From contig JAJFGX010000053.1 in the NCBI GenBank assembly GCA_021775895.1, positions 1 to 19,993 on the forward strand: 19,993 bases of DNA. The letters are read 5' to 3'. Positions within the stretch are counted from its first letter, which is position 1, and the number at the start of each line of letters is the position of its first letter. Below, piece after piece: positions 1 to 7,613 of the stretch. The stretch comes from Alphaproteobacteria bacterium (GTDB taxonomy: Bacteria; Pseudomonadota; Alphaproteobacteria; Micavibrionales; CSBR16-224). A model generated the notes under the pieces. That model saw only the letters and a program-made list of their open reading frames with translations, had not been told where the DNA came from and did no database searches. The translations under genes and the position numbers were made by a program.

Positions 1-969
1 TGTTCCCATGTGATACTTCACATCGCCAGAACCTTCGACATCTTCTGGTTTGGCTGGATTGCCTTGGAACTCTGAAAATACAGCTGTAAAAGGCTTCCCC
101 ATTACATTTGTTAATAAATTCAAGCGTCCTCTATGTGCCATGCCAATAACTATTTCTTTAATCCCAAGCTGACCACCACGCTTCATAATCTGTTCAATCG
201 CTGGAATCATTGATTCGCCGCCATCAAGTCCAAATCTTTTAGTCCCTGGGTGTTTTACATGCAAAAATTTCTCAAATCCTTCGGCTGCGGTTAAACGCTG
301 TAGGATTGCTTTTTTACCATTTGCTGTGAAATCTGTTTGATTACGCTCGCCTTCAATACGTTCTTGAACCCAAGATTTTTGCTCTGGGTCTTGAATATGC
401 ATAAATTCAACACCAATATTTCCACAATAAGTATCTTGCACTACTGACAATATCTCACGTAGTGTGGCTGTTTCCATACCCAAAACATTATTTATAAAAA
501 TAGGTCTATCCATATCATCTGCAGTAAAGCCGTAAGATGCTGGATCAAGCTCTGAGTGTTTTGGTTTATTTGACCTATTTAATGGATCTAAATTTGATAG
601 TAAATGCCCTCTAATTCTATAAGCTCGAATAAGCATCAAAGCATTAACAGAGTCCAAAGTTGCCTGCCTTAAATCCTGCGTATTTAAATCTGAATTACTA
701 GCTGATTTTGCCTGCTTAGCTGTATTACTTTCAGTAGCCATACCATCTATTTTACTATCTGGTAGCAAAACATTTAATTCTTGCTCGGTTGGTTGCCAGC
801 TTGCACCACCCATTTCTGTGAGTAATTCTCTTTCTTCATCACCAATTCCACTAAAAAAATCAGCCCAGCTTGTGGCAACAAAGGCTGGGTTTTTTAAAAA
901 TTGCGCATAAAGACTAGAAACATATTCAGCATCCATTGAAGATAAAACATTAGAGACAGCTACAGACAT
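1..969 (-). CDS. sucA: 2-oxoglutarate dehydrogenase E1 component, N-terminal part (3' end runs off the window)
   Basis: Reverse-strand translation from the ATG at 967-969 gives MSVAVSNVLSSMDAEYVSSLYAQFLKNPAFVATSWADFF...RAYRIRGHLLSNLDPL...IGVEFMHIQDPEQKSWVQERIE. These are typical SucA N-terminal motifs. The reading frame is open to position 1 and is not in the ORF track because it lacks a stop. Confidence 0.85.
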   Translation of the reverse strand, partial: MSVAVSNVLSSMDAEYVSSLYAQFLKNPAFVATSWADFFSGIGDEERELLTEMGGASWQPTEQELNVLLPDSKIDGMATESNTAKQAKSASNSDLNTQDLRQATLDSVNALMLIRAYRIRGHLLSNLDPLNRSNKPKHSELDPASYGFTADDMDRPIFINNVLGMETATLREILSVVQDTYCGNIGVEFMHIQDPEQKSWVQERIEGERNQTDFTANGKKAILQRLTAAEGFEKFLHVKHPGTKRFGLDGGESMIPAIEQIMKRGGQLGIKEIVIGMAHRGRLNLLTNVMGKPFTAVFSEFQGNPAKPEDVEGSGDVKYHMGT

Positions 970-1065
970 TTTTTATTCCTTGGTTTAGTTTTTTTTCTTA
1001 ATTAGTCTATAATATATAATAAACAAATTATCCAACTGTAATAGAGTTTTTTTTACTTTAATAAA

Positions 1066-1800
1066 TTAAAAATCAACATCTGGCCTTAAAACATAGCCCT
1101 GCCCACGTACAGTATGAAGATATCTGGGGTTTTTAGAATCAATCTCTATTTTACGCCTAAGTCTAGTAATCTGCACATCTATTGCTCTATCAGAAGTACC
1201 AATACTTCCTATTTTAGATAGCTCTTCACGACTGACCACCTGCTCTGCCCTATGAGCTAAGAAAGTTAGCAAATGTTTCTCAGTTTCTGTTAAAGCTATA
1301 TATTCATTATTTTTTATACCCTTTAATTCTTCACGATTACAATCATAACTATATTGCCCGAGTAAAATTATAGATTGTTCTTTTTGTTTATCTGCTACCA
1401 TTGTTCTACGCAATACCGCCTGCAAGCGTAGCATTAATTCTTGTGGCTCAAATGGCTTGGATATATAATCATCTACTCCAGCCTCAAGTCCTTGGATACG
1501 ATTTTCAACCTCACCTAAAGCAGTTAATAATGTAATTGCTAAATTTGGATATGATTTGCGAATTTTCTTAGCCAAACTAATACCATCTTCATTCGGCATC
1601 ATAACATCAACAATTGCAATATCAAAAGCAAGCACTTGCAGCTTTTCCAAAGCATCATTAGCATCAAATGCAGTTACCACAATAAAATCATTCTTGGATA
1701 GATATCGTTTCAATAATTCACGCAATCGTGCATCATCATCGACCACTAAGACATGTGGTTTTTCATTCGATAAAGCTGTTATATTCTGTTGGACTGTCAT
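1066..1800 (-). CDS. OmpR-family two-component response regulator (receiver + winged-helix), OmpR/CenR-like
   Basis: The receiver domain reads HVLVVDDDARLRELLKRYL...DVMMPNEDG...KPF. The C-terminal winged helix reads RAIDVQITRLRRKIEIDSKNPRYLHTVRGQGYVLRPD, nearly collinear with E. coli OmpR (RSIDVQISRLRRMVEEDPAHPRYIQTVWGLGYVFVPD). No adjacent histidine kinase. Confidence 0.9.
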   Translation of the reverse strand: MTVQQNITALSNEKPHVLVVDDDARLRELLKRYLSKNDFIVVTAFDANDALEKLQVLAFDIAIVDVMMPNEDGISLAKKIRKSYPNLAITLLTALGEVENRIQGLEAGVDDYISKPFEPQELMLRLQAVLRRTMVADKQKEQSIILLGQYSYDCNREELKGIKNNEYIALTETEKHLLTFLAHRAEQVVSREELSKIGSIGTSDRAIDVQITRLRRKIEIDSKNPRYLHTVRGQGYVLRPDVDF

Positions 1801-1859
1801 CTGTTATCCTGATAATGTACTTTTATTATACAACAAACAAAAAAAGGATAATAGAGAAA

Positions 1860-2759
1860 ATGAGCGTAATACCTTTCGATCAACGTGATGGCTTAATTTG
1901 GTTTGATGGAGAATTCATTCCTTGGGGCGATGCAAAAGTACATATTATGTCTCATGCCTTCCATTATGGAAGTGCCGTATTTGAAGGGGTTAGAGCCTAT
2001 AATGGCAATATATTTGAGCTTCATAAACATAGCGAACGACTAATTAATTCAGGTAGAATTCTTGATTTTGAAGTTCCATATACAGCAGAAGAATTGGACA
2101 ATGCCTGCATAGAAGCCCTAAATAAAAGTGGCTTTAAAGATGCATATATAAGACCTCTTGCTTGGCGTGGCTCAGAACAAATGGGAGTTTCCGCTCAAAA
2201 TACAAAAATTCATACCATGATTGCTGTTTGGGAATGGCCAAGTTATTTCTCACCAGAAGCTAGAGAAAAAGGTATTGCGATGAAAACCTCTAAATGGAAA
2301 CGACCAGCACCAGATACAGCACCAATAGAAAGTAAAGCCATCGGTCTTTACATGATTTGCACTTTATCAAAACACGAGGCTGAAAAAGCAGGCTATAATG
2401 ATGCTTTAATGCTTGATTGGCGTGGACAAGTTGCAGAGGGCACAGGTGCTAACATCTTCTTAATGAAAGATGGTGAAATAAATACACCAATACCAGATTG
2501 CTTTCTAAATGGAATCACTAGGCAAACCGTAATGGAACTAGCAAGGTTACGTGGCTACACCATTAATGAGCGTGTTATAATGCCAGAGGAGCTACCAGAA
2601 TTTGATGAAATCTTTGTCACAGGAACTGCAGCCGAAGTCACAGCCGTTGGTAAAATAGATGACTTGGAATACAAAGTGGGGCCAATTACACGTCAACTGC
2701 GTGAAGACTACGAAAACCTTGTTTCTGGCACAGCTGATATACAACAAACAGCCACTTGA
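1860..2759 (+). CDS. ilvE: branched-chain amino acid aminotransferase (class IV PLP enzyme)
   Basis: FDQRDGLIWFDGEFIPWGDAKVHIMSHAFHYGSAVFEGVRAY is the characteristic BCAT N-terminus. The start was moved from the track's 1728 to the ATG at 1860 (MSVIPF). This is preceded by AAGGA and avoids overlap with the divergent regulator. Confidence 0.85.
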   Translation: MSVIPFDQRDGLIWFDGEFIPWGDAKVHIMSHAFHYGSAVFEGVRAYNGNIFELHKHSERLINSGRILDFEVPYTAEELDNACIEALNKSGFKDAYIRPLAWRGSEQMGVSAQNTKIHTMIAVWEWPSYFSPEAREKGIAMKTSKWKRPAPDTAPIESKAIGLYMICTLSKHEAEKAGYNDALMLDWRGQVAEGTGANIFLMKDGEINTPIPDCFLNGITRQTVMELARLRGYTINERVIMPEELPEFDEIFVTGTAAEVTAVGKIDDLEYKVGPITRQLREDYENLVSGTADIQQTAT

Positions 2760-2771
2760 ATCACATTTAGC

Positions 2772-2801
2772 TTGACATAACCATATAGTTTGTGCTATAT
2801 A
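2772..2801 (+). promoter_or_regulatory. sigma70-type promoter candidate, TTGACA-N18-TATATA, upstream of the 344-aa ORF
   Basis: TTGACA at 2772-2777 and TATATA at 2796-2801 (or CTATAT at 2795-2800 with a 17-nt spacer), 33-45 nt upstream of the start codons at 2834/2840. Confidence 0.5.
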
Positions 2802-2833
2802 TAGTAGTGTATTTACTATTATAAAGAGAGGTT

Positions 2834-3868
2834 ATGGATATGACAGATTCGGAAAAATTTAATCATTCTTCAGCGAAGAAGTTTGACAATCATACGCAGT
2901 TCTTAAAAGAAGCTATGATGATTACAATGGATACAGTATCCAAGATTAAAGCACCCACCCTACAGGGAGTTAGAAGCGTTCCCAGCGATGATGCTATAAT
3001 AGAAGCTATACAAACACAAATCGAAATCGATAGAACAAGTAAGAATTCTGCCGATGATATTGTCAATAATATAACAGAAGCACATTTAACAGTTAAAAAT
3101 TCAGATGCATTATCAGATAATAAGAAAATTGCTTTCTCACATTATTTGGAATGCCAAAAAGATTGCGTTCTTGCGATGAAAGAGGTTGTTAATATTAACA
3201 AAAGACATTTAAATCTAATGCTTTTAGCAATAGACAATAATCATATAGCAAATGACCAAATCATTGCTTCTCGTTTAGATAGCCAAGAAATGGAAGCTAT
3301 GATCAATCTAGATGAAGCACAAAAACAGTTAAATGCTGCGTCAAAAGCAATGATGAGAAAAATTTACAGCTTTGAATCTGATGCCAATATAGATAATTTC
3401 ACGATAAGCGACAATATAGACATCAAAGATTTTGAACACTTTAATGCCTTATTCAGCTATTCAATAAATATGGACGATGAACTGAACAAGCTTATTACAG
3501 GTCTAGAAAGTAATGACCCTAACATAGTTGAAAACCAACAAGACAAAATGAATAAAGCACATAGTAAAAATCAGGAAGTGATTAATGCTATTAACAATTC
3601 TAAAAAAATGTCTGATAAAGAGAAAGCTATATGCTTACAAATAACAAATAACATGGACACTGTTTGCCTACAAGTATCAGAATCCTTGGGGCACTTAGTC
3701 AACCATGATACAATGAATGCTTCCATGACAGTAGCAGAGTCTAATCACACAGCAAATAATAGCCTGCAAGCGATGGTAGATTATTACAGCACTTTAGATG
3801 AAGCATATAAAAACACTCCATCACAAAGTAACGCTAGAAAACCACAAAATAAAAGCACATTTAAATAA
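2834..3868 (+). CDS. hypothetical N/D/S-rich soluble protein (344 aa), no recognisable domain
   Basis: Long ORF with its own promoter. The GAGAGG Shine-Dalgarno sequence at 2824-2829 favours the second ATG at 2840. No TM segment or signal peptide. Strongly polar, predicted helical composition. I recognise no conserved family motif. Confidence 0.6.
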   Translation: MDMTDSEKFNHSSAKKFDNHTQFLKEAMMITMDTVSKIKAPTLQGVRSVPSDDAIIEAIQTQIEIDRTSKNSADDIVNNITEAHLTVKNSDALSDNKKIAFSHYLECQKDCVLAMKEVVNINKRHLNLMLLAIDNNHIANDQIIASRLDSQEMEAMINLDEAQKQLNAASKAMMRKIYSFESDANIDNFTISDNIDIKDFEHFNALFSYSINMDDELNKLITGLESNDPNIVENQQDKMNKAHSKNQEVINAINNSKKMSDKEKAICLQITNNMDTVCLQVSESLGHLVNHDTMNASMTVAESNHTANNSLQAMVDYYSTLDEAYKNTPSQSNARKPQNKSTFK

Positions 3869-3902
3869 GTGGCTAACACTTAACATTTAAAAGTGTTATG
3901 AT

Positions 3903-3944
3903 ACGCAATAACAACGTGTATAAATTAAACAGAATGACTATAGT
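3903..3944 (+). repeat. copy 1 of a duplicated intergenic module (18-mer ACGCAATAACAACGTGTA + 12 nt + AATGACTATA)
   Basis: Exact 18-mer at 3903-3920 and the 11-mer GAATGACTATA at 3933-3943. The same two blocks with an identical 12-nt spacing recur at 4005-4045. Confidence 0.6.
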
Positions 3945-4004
3945 CTTTTCAATTTATTTTTACACTAGGCATAAGGAACGAAGCCTAGACTTACTAGGTG
4001 AGAG

Positions 4005-4046
4005 ACGCAATAACAACGTGTAAAAGTTAAGTGGAATGACTATATA
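4005..4046 (+). repeat. copy 2 of the duplicated module, ending 2 nt before the ATG of the 73-aa ORF
   Basis: 18-mer at 4005-4022 and GAATGACTATA at 4035-4045. The copies are about 102 bp apart, roughly 10 helical turns. Confidence 0.6.
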
Positions 4047-4047
4047 A

Positions 4048-4269
4048 ATGCCTAGAAGCCCCAATCATTACTCAACTGAGAAGAACAAGCGAGTTTACAT
4101 TCAGCTCCGCAATGGTGAAGAATTTATCGATAGATTCATTGATAAAAAAGGACGTTATATACATTTAAAAGAGCATGGCAAAATACCTATAAAAGATATT
4201 GCTGTATTTACTCATGCACGAATTGACAAGCCATTAAAGAGTCTCATTGATACTGATGGAAACGGGTGA
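4048..4269 (+). CDS. hypothetical small basic protein (73 aa)
   Basis: ORF immediately downstream of repeat copy 2. Lys/Arg-rich with an alternating hydrophobic pattern (RVYIQLRNGEEFIDRFIDKKGRYIHL...IPIKDIAVF) suggesting a small beta-rich fold. The Shine-Dalgarno sequence is weak, and the ORF overlaps the 3' end of the convergent 155-aa gene by 36 nt. Confidence 0.3.
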   Translation: MPRSPNHYSTEKNKRVYIQLRNGEEFIDRFIDKKGRYIHLKEHGKIPIKDIAVFTHARIDKPLKSLIDTDGNG

Positions 4270-4701
4270 GCCTGCAACAGAGCTAGAACTATAAATACGA
4301 CCTGCCGCATTATATCCTGCATCTGTGCTGACTGTTTCTCTGGCACTATCTATAATTTTATCAACCAAACGCTGACTACTTTTTCTAACTCCATCAATTG
4401 CTCGCATATTTGCTGATAGAACTTTAGAAAAATGCAAGCGTGTTTTAACAATCAACTCTTTCATTGAGGCAGGCAATGCCGCAACATCTTCCTTACGGTT
4501 AATTAAATTTCTAATACAGCTATTATAATCTTGTGAAAGCTCTTTTTTCTTATCTTGAAAACTATCTGCTTGCTTAAAATTTGCTGCGATTAAAGCCGCC
4601 GACTCATCTTCTAGCAAAGATTCAAGCTCTTTCATTACTTGAAAAGTTTTTTGTACCAAAACCTCAATAGAAACCGCAGATGGTTGTTTTATTTCTTCCA
4701 T
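4234..4701 (-). CDS. flagellar operon protein, FlgN/FlbY-like (third gene of a flgI-cheL-flbY type operon)
   Basis: Placed by synteny downstream of flgI and cheL with a 9-nt gap. Helical, with an FlgN-like N-terminal pattern (ALIAANFKQADSFQDKKKELSQDYNSCIRNL). Family assignment is tentative. Confidence 0.5.
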   Translation of the reverse strand: MEEIKQPSAVSIEVLVQKTFQVMKELESLLEDESAALIAANFKQADSFQDKKKELSQDYNSCIRNLINRKEDVAALPASMKELIVKTRLHFSKVLSANMRAIDGVRKSSQRLVDKIIDSARETVSTDAGYNAAGRIYSSSSVAGSPVSISINETL

Positions 4702-4710
4702 AACTCACCT

Positions 4711-5055
4711 CTATTGTTGCCCTTCTTGAACGCTAATCATAAACTTGGCAACTTCATCAGCAATACCAAAACCGCCACTTTCAGAAACTTGCTTACCGTA
4801 CTCATTAACCATCATACTGCGGTAAACTTTCTCTGCTGAACCACCACCAAATAAGCCATCTGTTTTTACATTCTCAAACATATGCGATAACATTTGTGAC
4901 AAAAACACAGTCTCAAATTCTTTCGCTTTATCATTAATCTTATCTATATTTTTTATAGAGTTGCTTCCAGAGCCTATAGCTTCAAGCTTGCCAGCATGTA
5001 AATGCTGCATACTATTATCAATACTTTGCATTTGAAAAGAGGAAATATTACTCAT
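4711..5055 (-). CDS. cheL: flagellar rod-binding protein (FlgJ N-terminal domain / CheL-like)
   Basis: FETVFLSQMLSHMFENVKTDGLFGGGSAEKVYRSMMVNEYGKQVSESGGFGIADEV is the conserved rod-binding (FlgJ_N) signature. Lies immediately downstream of flgI. The CTCCTTTT upstream on the + strand is an AAAAGGAG Shine-Dalgarno sequence on the coding strand. Confidence 0.7.
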   Translation of the reverse strand: MSNISSFQMQSIDNSMQHLHAGKLEAIGSGSNSIKNIDKINDKAKEFETVFLSQMLSHMFENVKTDGLFGGGSAEKVYRSMMVNEYGKQVSESGGFGIADEVAKFMISVQEGQQ

Positions 5056-5078
5056 GATTTTAACTCCTTTTCCTAAAC

Positions 5079-6218
5079 TTACATTATTTCAATTTCAGCC
5101 TGTAAGGCACCCGCAGACTTTATAGACTGTAAAATCGTAATAATGTCACGAGGGCCTATACCCAAAGCATTCAAATTAGCTACAAGATCTTGCAAGCTGA
5201 TACCTTCATTAAGTATTGCTAAACGTTCTGTTGCATCTTCGTCAATTTCAATATTTGTTCTAGGAACAACCACAGTGCTACCTTGCTGAGCAAAAGCCTG
5301 CGGCTGCGATACCTGAGGCGTTTCAGTAATACGAATGGTCAAATTACCTTGTGCGATAGCAACCGTGCTAATACGAACATCTTTTCCCATCACTATAATA
5401 CCAGAGCCTTGATCAATCACTACACGAGCCATTTGATCTGGCTTGATTTTTAATTGCTCAACATCTGTAATTAAATTCACAATACCTGCATTATAAGATG
5501 GCGGAACAGTTAACTTAACTGATGATGAATTATCCGCACTAGCCGCTGGGTAACGTAAATGTTGGTTAATCTTACTTGCAATACGGCGTGCAGTCGTGAA
5601 ATCTGGATTTCTTAAAGATAAACGTATGCTACCCATATCTGCTAATTCAAAATCAATTTCTTTCTCAACAATACCACCAGAAGCAATACGGCCATTAGTC
5701 GGAGTATTTTGTGTAACAGAGCCTGAATCACCAGTTGCAGAAAAACCAGATACTGCAACAGGCCCTTGAGATACTGCATATACTTGAGCATCAGCACCTA
5801 ATAAAGGAGTTACTAATAACGTTCCTCCTTGCAAACTTTTTGCATCGCCCATAGCTGCGATAGAAACATCAATTCTAGCACCTTGATTAGTAAATGGAGG
5901 CAAAGTAGCTGTTACAACAACTGCAGCAATGTTCTTTGTATTAATATTTTCATCACGAACATTTACCCCTAAACGCTCTAACATACCAATCAAGCTTTGT
6001 TCTGTAAAAGGTGAGTTACTTAAGCTATCGCCAGTACCATTTAACCCAACAACCAAACCATAACCAACTAGTAAGTTATCACGAACACCTTCAAATTCTA
6101 CAATATCTTTGATTCTTGTCATCGCTGCATTTGCTGGTGTTGCCAAAAATACAATTATACCCACCATAATGCAGTATCCTACGATTTTTCTAGTATTATC
6201 TATAAAATTTTTAAACAT
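5079..6218 (-). CDS. flgI: flagellar P-ring protein FlgI
   Basis: Signal peptide MFKNF...FLATPANAA followed by the conserved IKDIVEFEGVRDNLLVGYGLVVGLNGTGD block. Length 379 aa, typical for FlgI. Confidence 0.9.
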   Translation of the reverse strand: MFKNFIDNTRKIVGYCIMVGIIVFLATPANAAMTRIKDIVEFEGVRDNLLVGYGLVVGLNGTGDSLSNSPFTEQSLIGMLERLGVNVRDENINTKNIAAVVVTATLPPFTNQGARIDVSIAAMGDAKSLQGGTLLVTPLLGADAQVYAVSQGPVAVSGFSATGDSGSVTQNTPTNGRIASGGIVEKEIDFELADMGSIRLSLRNPDFTTARRIASKINQHLRYPAASADNSSSVKLTVPPSYNAGIVNLITDVEQLKIKPDQMARVVIDQGSGIIVMGKDVRISTVAIAQGNLTIRITETPQVSQPQAFAQQGSTVVVPRTNIEIDEDATERLAILNEGISLQDLVANLNALGIGPRDIITILQSIKSAGALQAEIEIM

Positions 6219-6261
6219 TTTCTATACCTCACCTAATAAAACATCTTCCCAAGCTAATACA

Positions 6262-6278
6262 TGCGATTTTCATGCCAA
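6262..6278 (-). promoter_or_regulatory. sigma54 (RpoN) -24/-12 promoter candidate for the flgI operon
   Basis: The minus strand reads TTGGCATGAAAATCGCA, i.e. TGGCAT-N5-TCGCA with GG-N10-GC spacing, against the consensus TGGCAC-N5-TTGCW. It lies about 45-60 nt upstream of the flgI start at 6218. This agrees with sigma54/FlbD-dependent class III flgI in Caulobacter. Confidence 0.55.
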
Positions 6279-6370
6279 AATTCAATAATGTGAAAAATTT
6301 ATAAATAACAATTAGTTAGCGAGTAGAAGGTTGATTGAACCAATTACTGAGGCTAGGAATAATTTGCCCA

Positions 6371-6399
6371 TTGGTTTAAAAAGACAAAAAGTGTAGAAT
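6371..6399 (+). promoter_or_regulatory. sigma70-like promoter candidate, TTGGTT-N17-TAGAAT, for the divergent 137-aa gene
   Basis: TTGGTT at 6371-6376 and TAGAAT at 6394-6399. AAGGA at 6420-6424 sits 6 nt before the ATG at 6431. Confidence 0.35.
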
Positions 6400-6430
6400 G
6401 GAGGCAATTATAAATATTTAAGGACAAGTA

Positions 6431-6844
6431 ATGATGAAAATACAAAACTCCAATAAAGCAGGAACTGTTAAGAAATCTAAAACTGAGAAAAGTAGTGGTG
6501 TAACTGATAGTGCATTTAGTCAGATGGTTGGAAACACTTCTAAAGCTGAAGCAAGTCCTGCAATAGAAAATGTCGAGGCTACTAAACCACTACCTGATGC
6601 ATTATCTGGTAAATCACCAGAGCAATATGCCACGGCACATGCTGAAGATATATTAGATAAATTAGAAGAGTTACATATGGGATTAATTACAGGAACAGTT
6701 ACTGAAAAAACTCTGCGTAACATGACAAAAATGATCAAAAACTACCAGTCAACCATATCAAATCCAGAGCTTGAAGCTATTCTTGATGACATACATCTAA
6801 GGGCAGAAGTTGAACTTGCAAAATATATACTTGCTAAAATATAA
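6431..6844 (+). CDS. flagellar regulatory protein, FliX-like (alternatively FlgM/FlgN-like)
   Basis: 137-aa soluble protein transcribed divergently from flgI, which is the fliX position in Caulobacter. Conserved-looking C-terminal helices (ILDKLEELHMGLITGTV...ELEAILDDIHLRAEVELAKY). The call rests mainly on genomic position. Confidence 0.45.
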   Translation: MMKIQNSNKAGTVKKSKTEKSSGVTDSAFSQMVGNTSKAEASPAIENVEATKPLPDALSGKSPEQYATAHAEDILDKLEELHMGLITGTVTEKTLRNMTKMIKNYQSTISNPELEAILDDIHLRAEVELAKYILAKI

Positions 6845-6869
6845 GAACATTGCTATAAATTGCTTTGTT

Positions 6870-6943
6870 GCGGGTGTAGCTTAATGGTAGAGCCCTAGCC
6901 TTCCAAGCTAGTTACGTGGGTTCGATTCCCATCACCCGCTCCA
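6870..6943 (+). tRNA. tRNA-Gly (anticodon UCC), CCA encoded
   Basis: Cloverleaf folded by hand. Acceptor stem GCGGGTG/CACCCGC. D stem GCTT/GAGC. Anticodon stem CTAGC/GCTAG with loop CTTCCAA (anticodon TCC). T arm GTGGG-TTCGATT-CCCAT. Discriminator T then CCA. Confidence 0.9.
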
Positions 6944-7005
6944 TTACTCCTTAATATATATAGCTTTTTTAATATATTTTAACTTATTCAAGCATGTTAT
7001 TAAGC

Positions 7006-7587
7006 TTAAAAATCTAAACCATCATCAAAACCATCATAATCATCATTATTAAATGTTTCATGTTTCATCGCTTTTGATATTTTATGCAAGTCATGTAAAA
7101 AAGCATATGGGCTATATATTGCTGGTAGGTACATATTGTCAACAAATCTACAATCTATTTCAACAAAGCCATAATTTAAAAACCGTCCAAAAAAACCATT
7201 ATGAACAACCTCTCCTTTGATTTCCTCAAGTGAAGATTCATGAACATTTACAAAAAACATACCTGTTTTATAAATAAGGCGATCAGAGGTGATTACAATA
7301 TGAGTTGAGCGATAATAGATAAAGTGTAGAAGAAAAATAAATCCACCAATAATCATACAGCTGTAGAATATATAATTTATTGATTTTAAAAGAAGCCAAA
7401 TTACTTGCGATTCATTATCTTTTGCTAATTGATATCTAATATATTCTTTTATCTCATGGTCAAGGAAATGCCCTAGAATTAAGAATGAAATTAGTAATAA
7501 AATACCTTGAACAATATATATCCAGTGAGGATTTGCACGAGCAATAATCTCCTCATCTCTACCAATCATTTTATCAACAAAGGCCAT
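7006..7587 (-). CDS. bacterial PH-domain (bPH_2, YdbS/YdbT-like) membrane protein
   Basis: Two N-terminal hydrophobic helices (IYIVQGILLLISFLILGHF; IFYSCMIIGGFIFLLHFIYY) followed by ITSDRLIYKTGMFFVNVHESSLEEIKGEVV..GFFGRFLNYGFVEI, the typical bPH_2 pattern. Lies 26 nt downstream of the flotillin gene, so probably in an operon with it. Confidence 0.65.
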   Translation of the reverse strand: MAFVDKMIGRDEEIIARANPHWIYIVQGILLLISFLILGHFLDHEIKEYIRYQLAKDNESQVIWLLLKSINYIFYSCMIIGGFIFLLHFIYYRSTHIVITSDRLIYKTGMFFVNVHESSLEEIKGEVVHNGFFGRFLNYGFVEIDCRFVDNMYLPAIYSPYAFLHDLHKISKAMKHETFNNDDYDGFDDGLDF

Positions 7588-7613
7588 GTTTTATCTCTAT
7601 TTATCTACAGCGT

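Noticed and set aside
1728-1859. 5' extension of ilvE (MHHHRPLRH...)
   Set aside because: The extension overlaps the regulator's coding start on the other strand, has no Shine-Dalgarno sequence, and precedes the canonical BCAT N-terminus. The ATG at 1860 with AAGGA is the better start.
1556-1888. 110-aa + strand ORF
   Set aside because: It lies entirely antisense within the OmpR-like regulator and the divergent intergenic region. Low-complexity, S/N-rich translation. Shadow ORF.
3874-3898. Hairpin TAACACTT-N9-AAGTGTTA after the 344-aa ORF stop
   Set aside because: The 8-bp stem is mostly A/T and is not followed by a U tract (TGATACGC). At most a weak intrinsic terminator. Not called.
3903-4046. 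Two-copy direct repeat considered as a CRISPR array
   Set aside because: Only two copies, with a spacing of about 102 bp. The repeat is bipartite and not palindromic like CRISPR repeats. No cas genes.
6219-6430. CtrA box (TTAA-N7-TTAAC) in the flgI/fliX divergent region
   Set aside because: I looked for it, because Caulobacter fliX is CtrA-dependent, but found no convincing match. Only a small ATTG-AAC-CAAT palindrome at about 6342-6352, which is not distinctive.
6870-7005. Integrase / mobile element expected next to tRNA-Gly
   Set aside because: No integrase, transposase or recombinase-like ORF, and no obvious duplicate of the tRNA 3' end, anywhere in the window. The islet hypothesis rests on content and position only.
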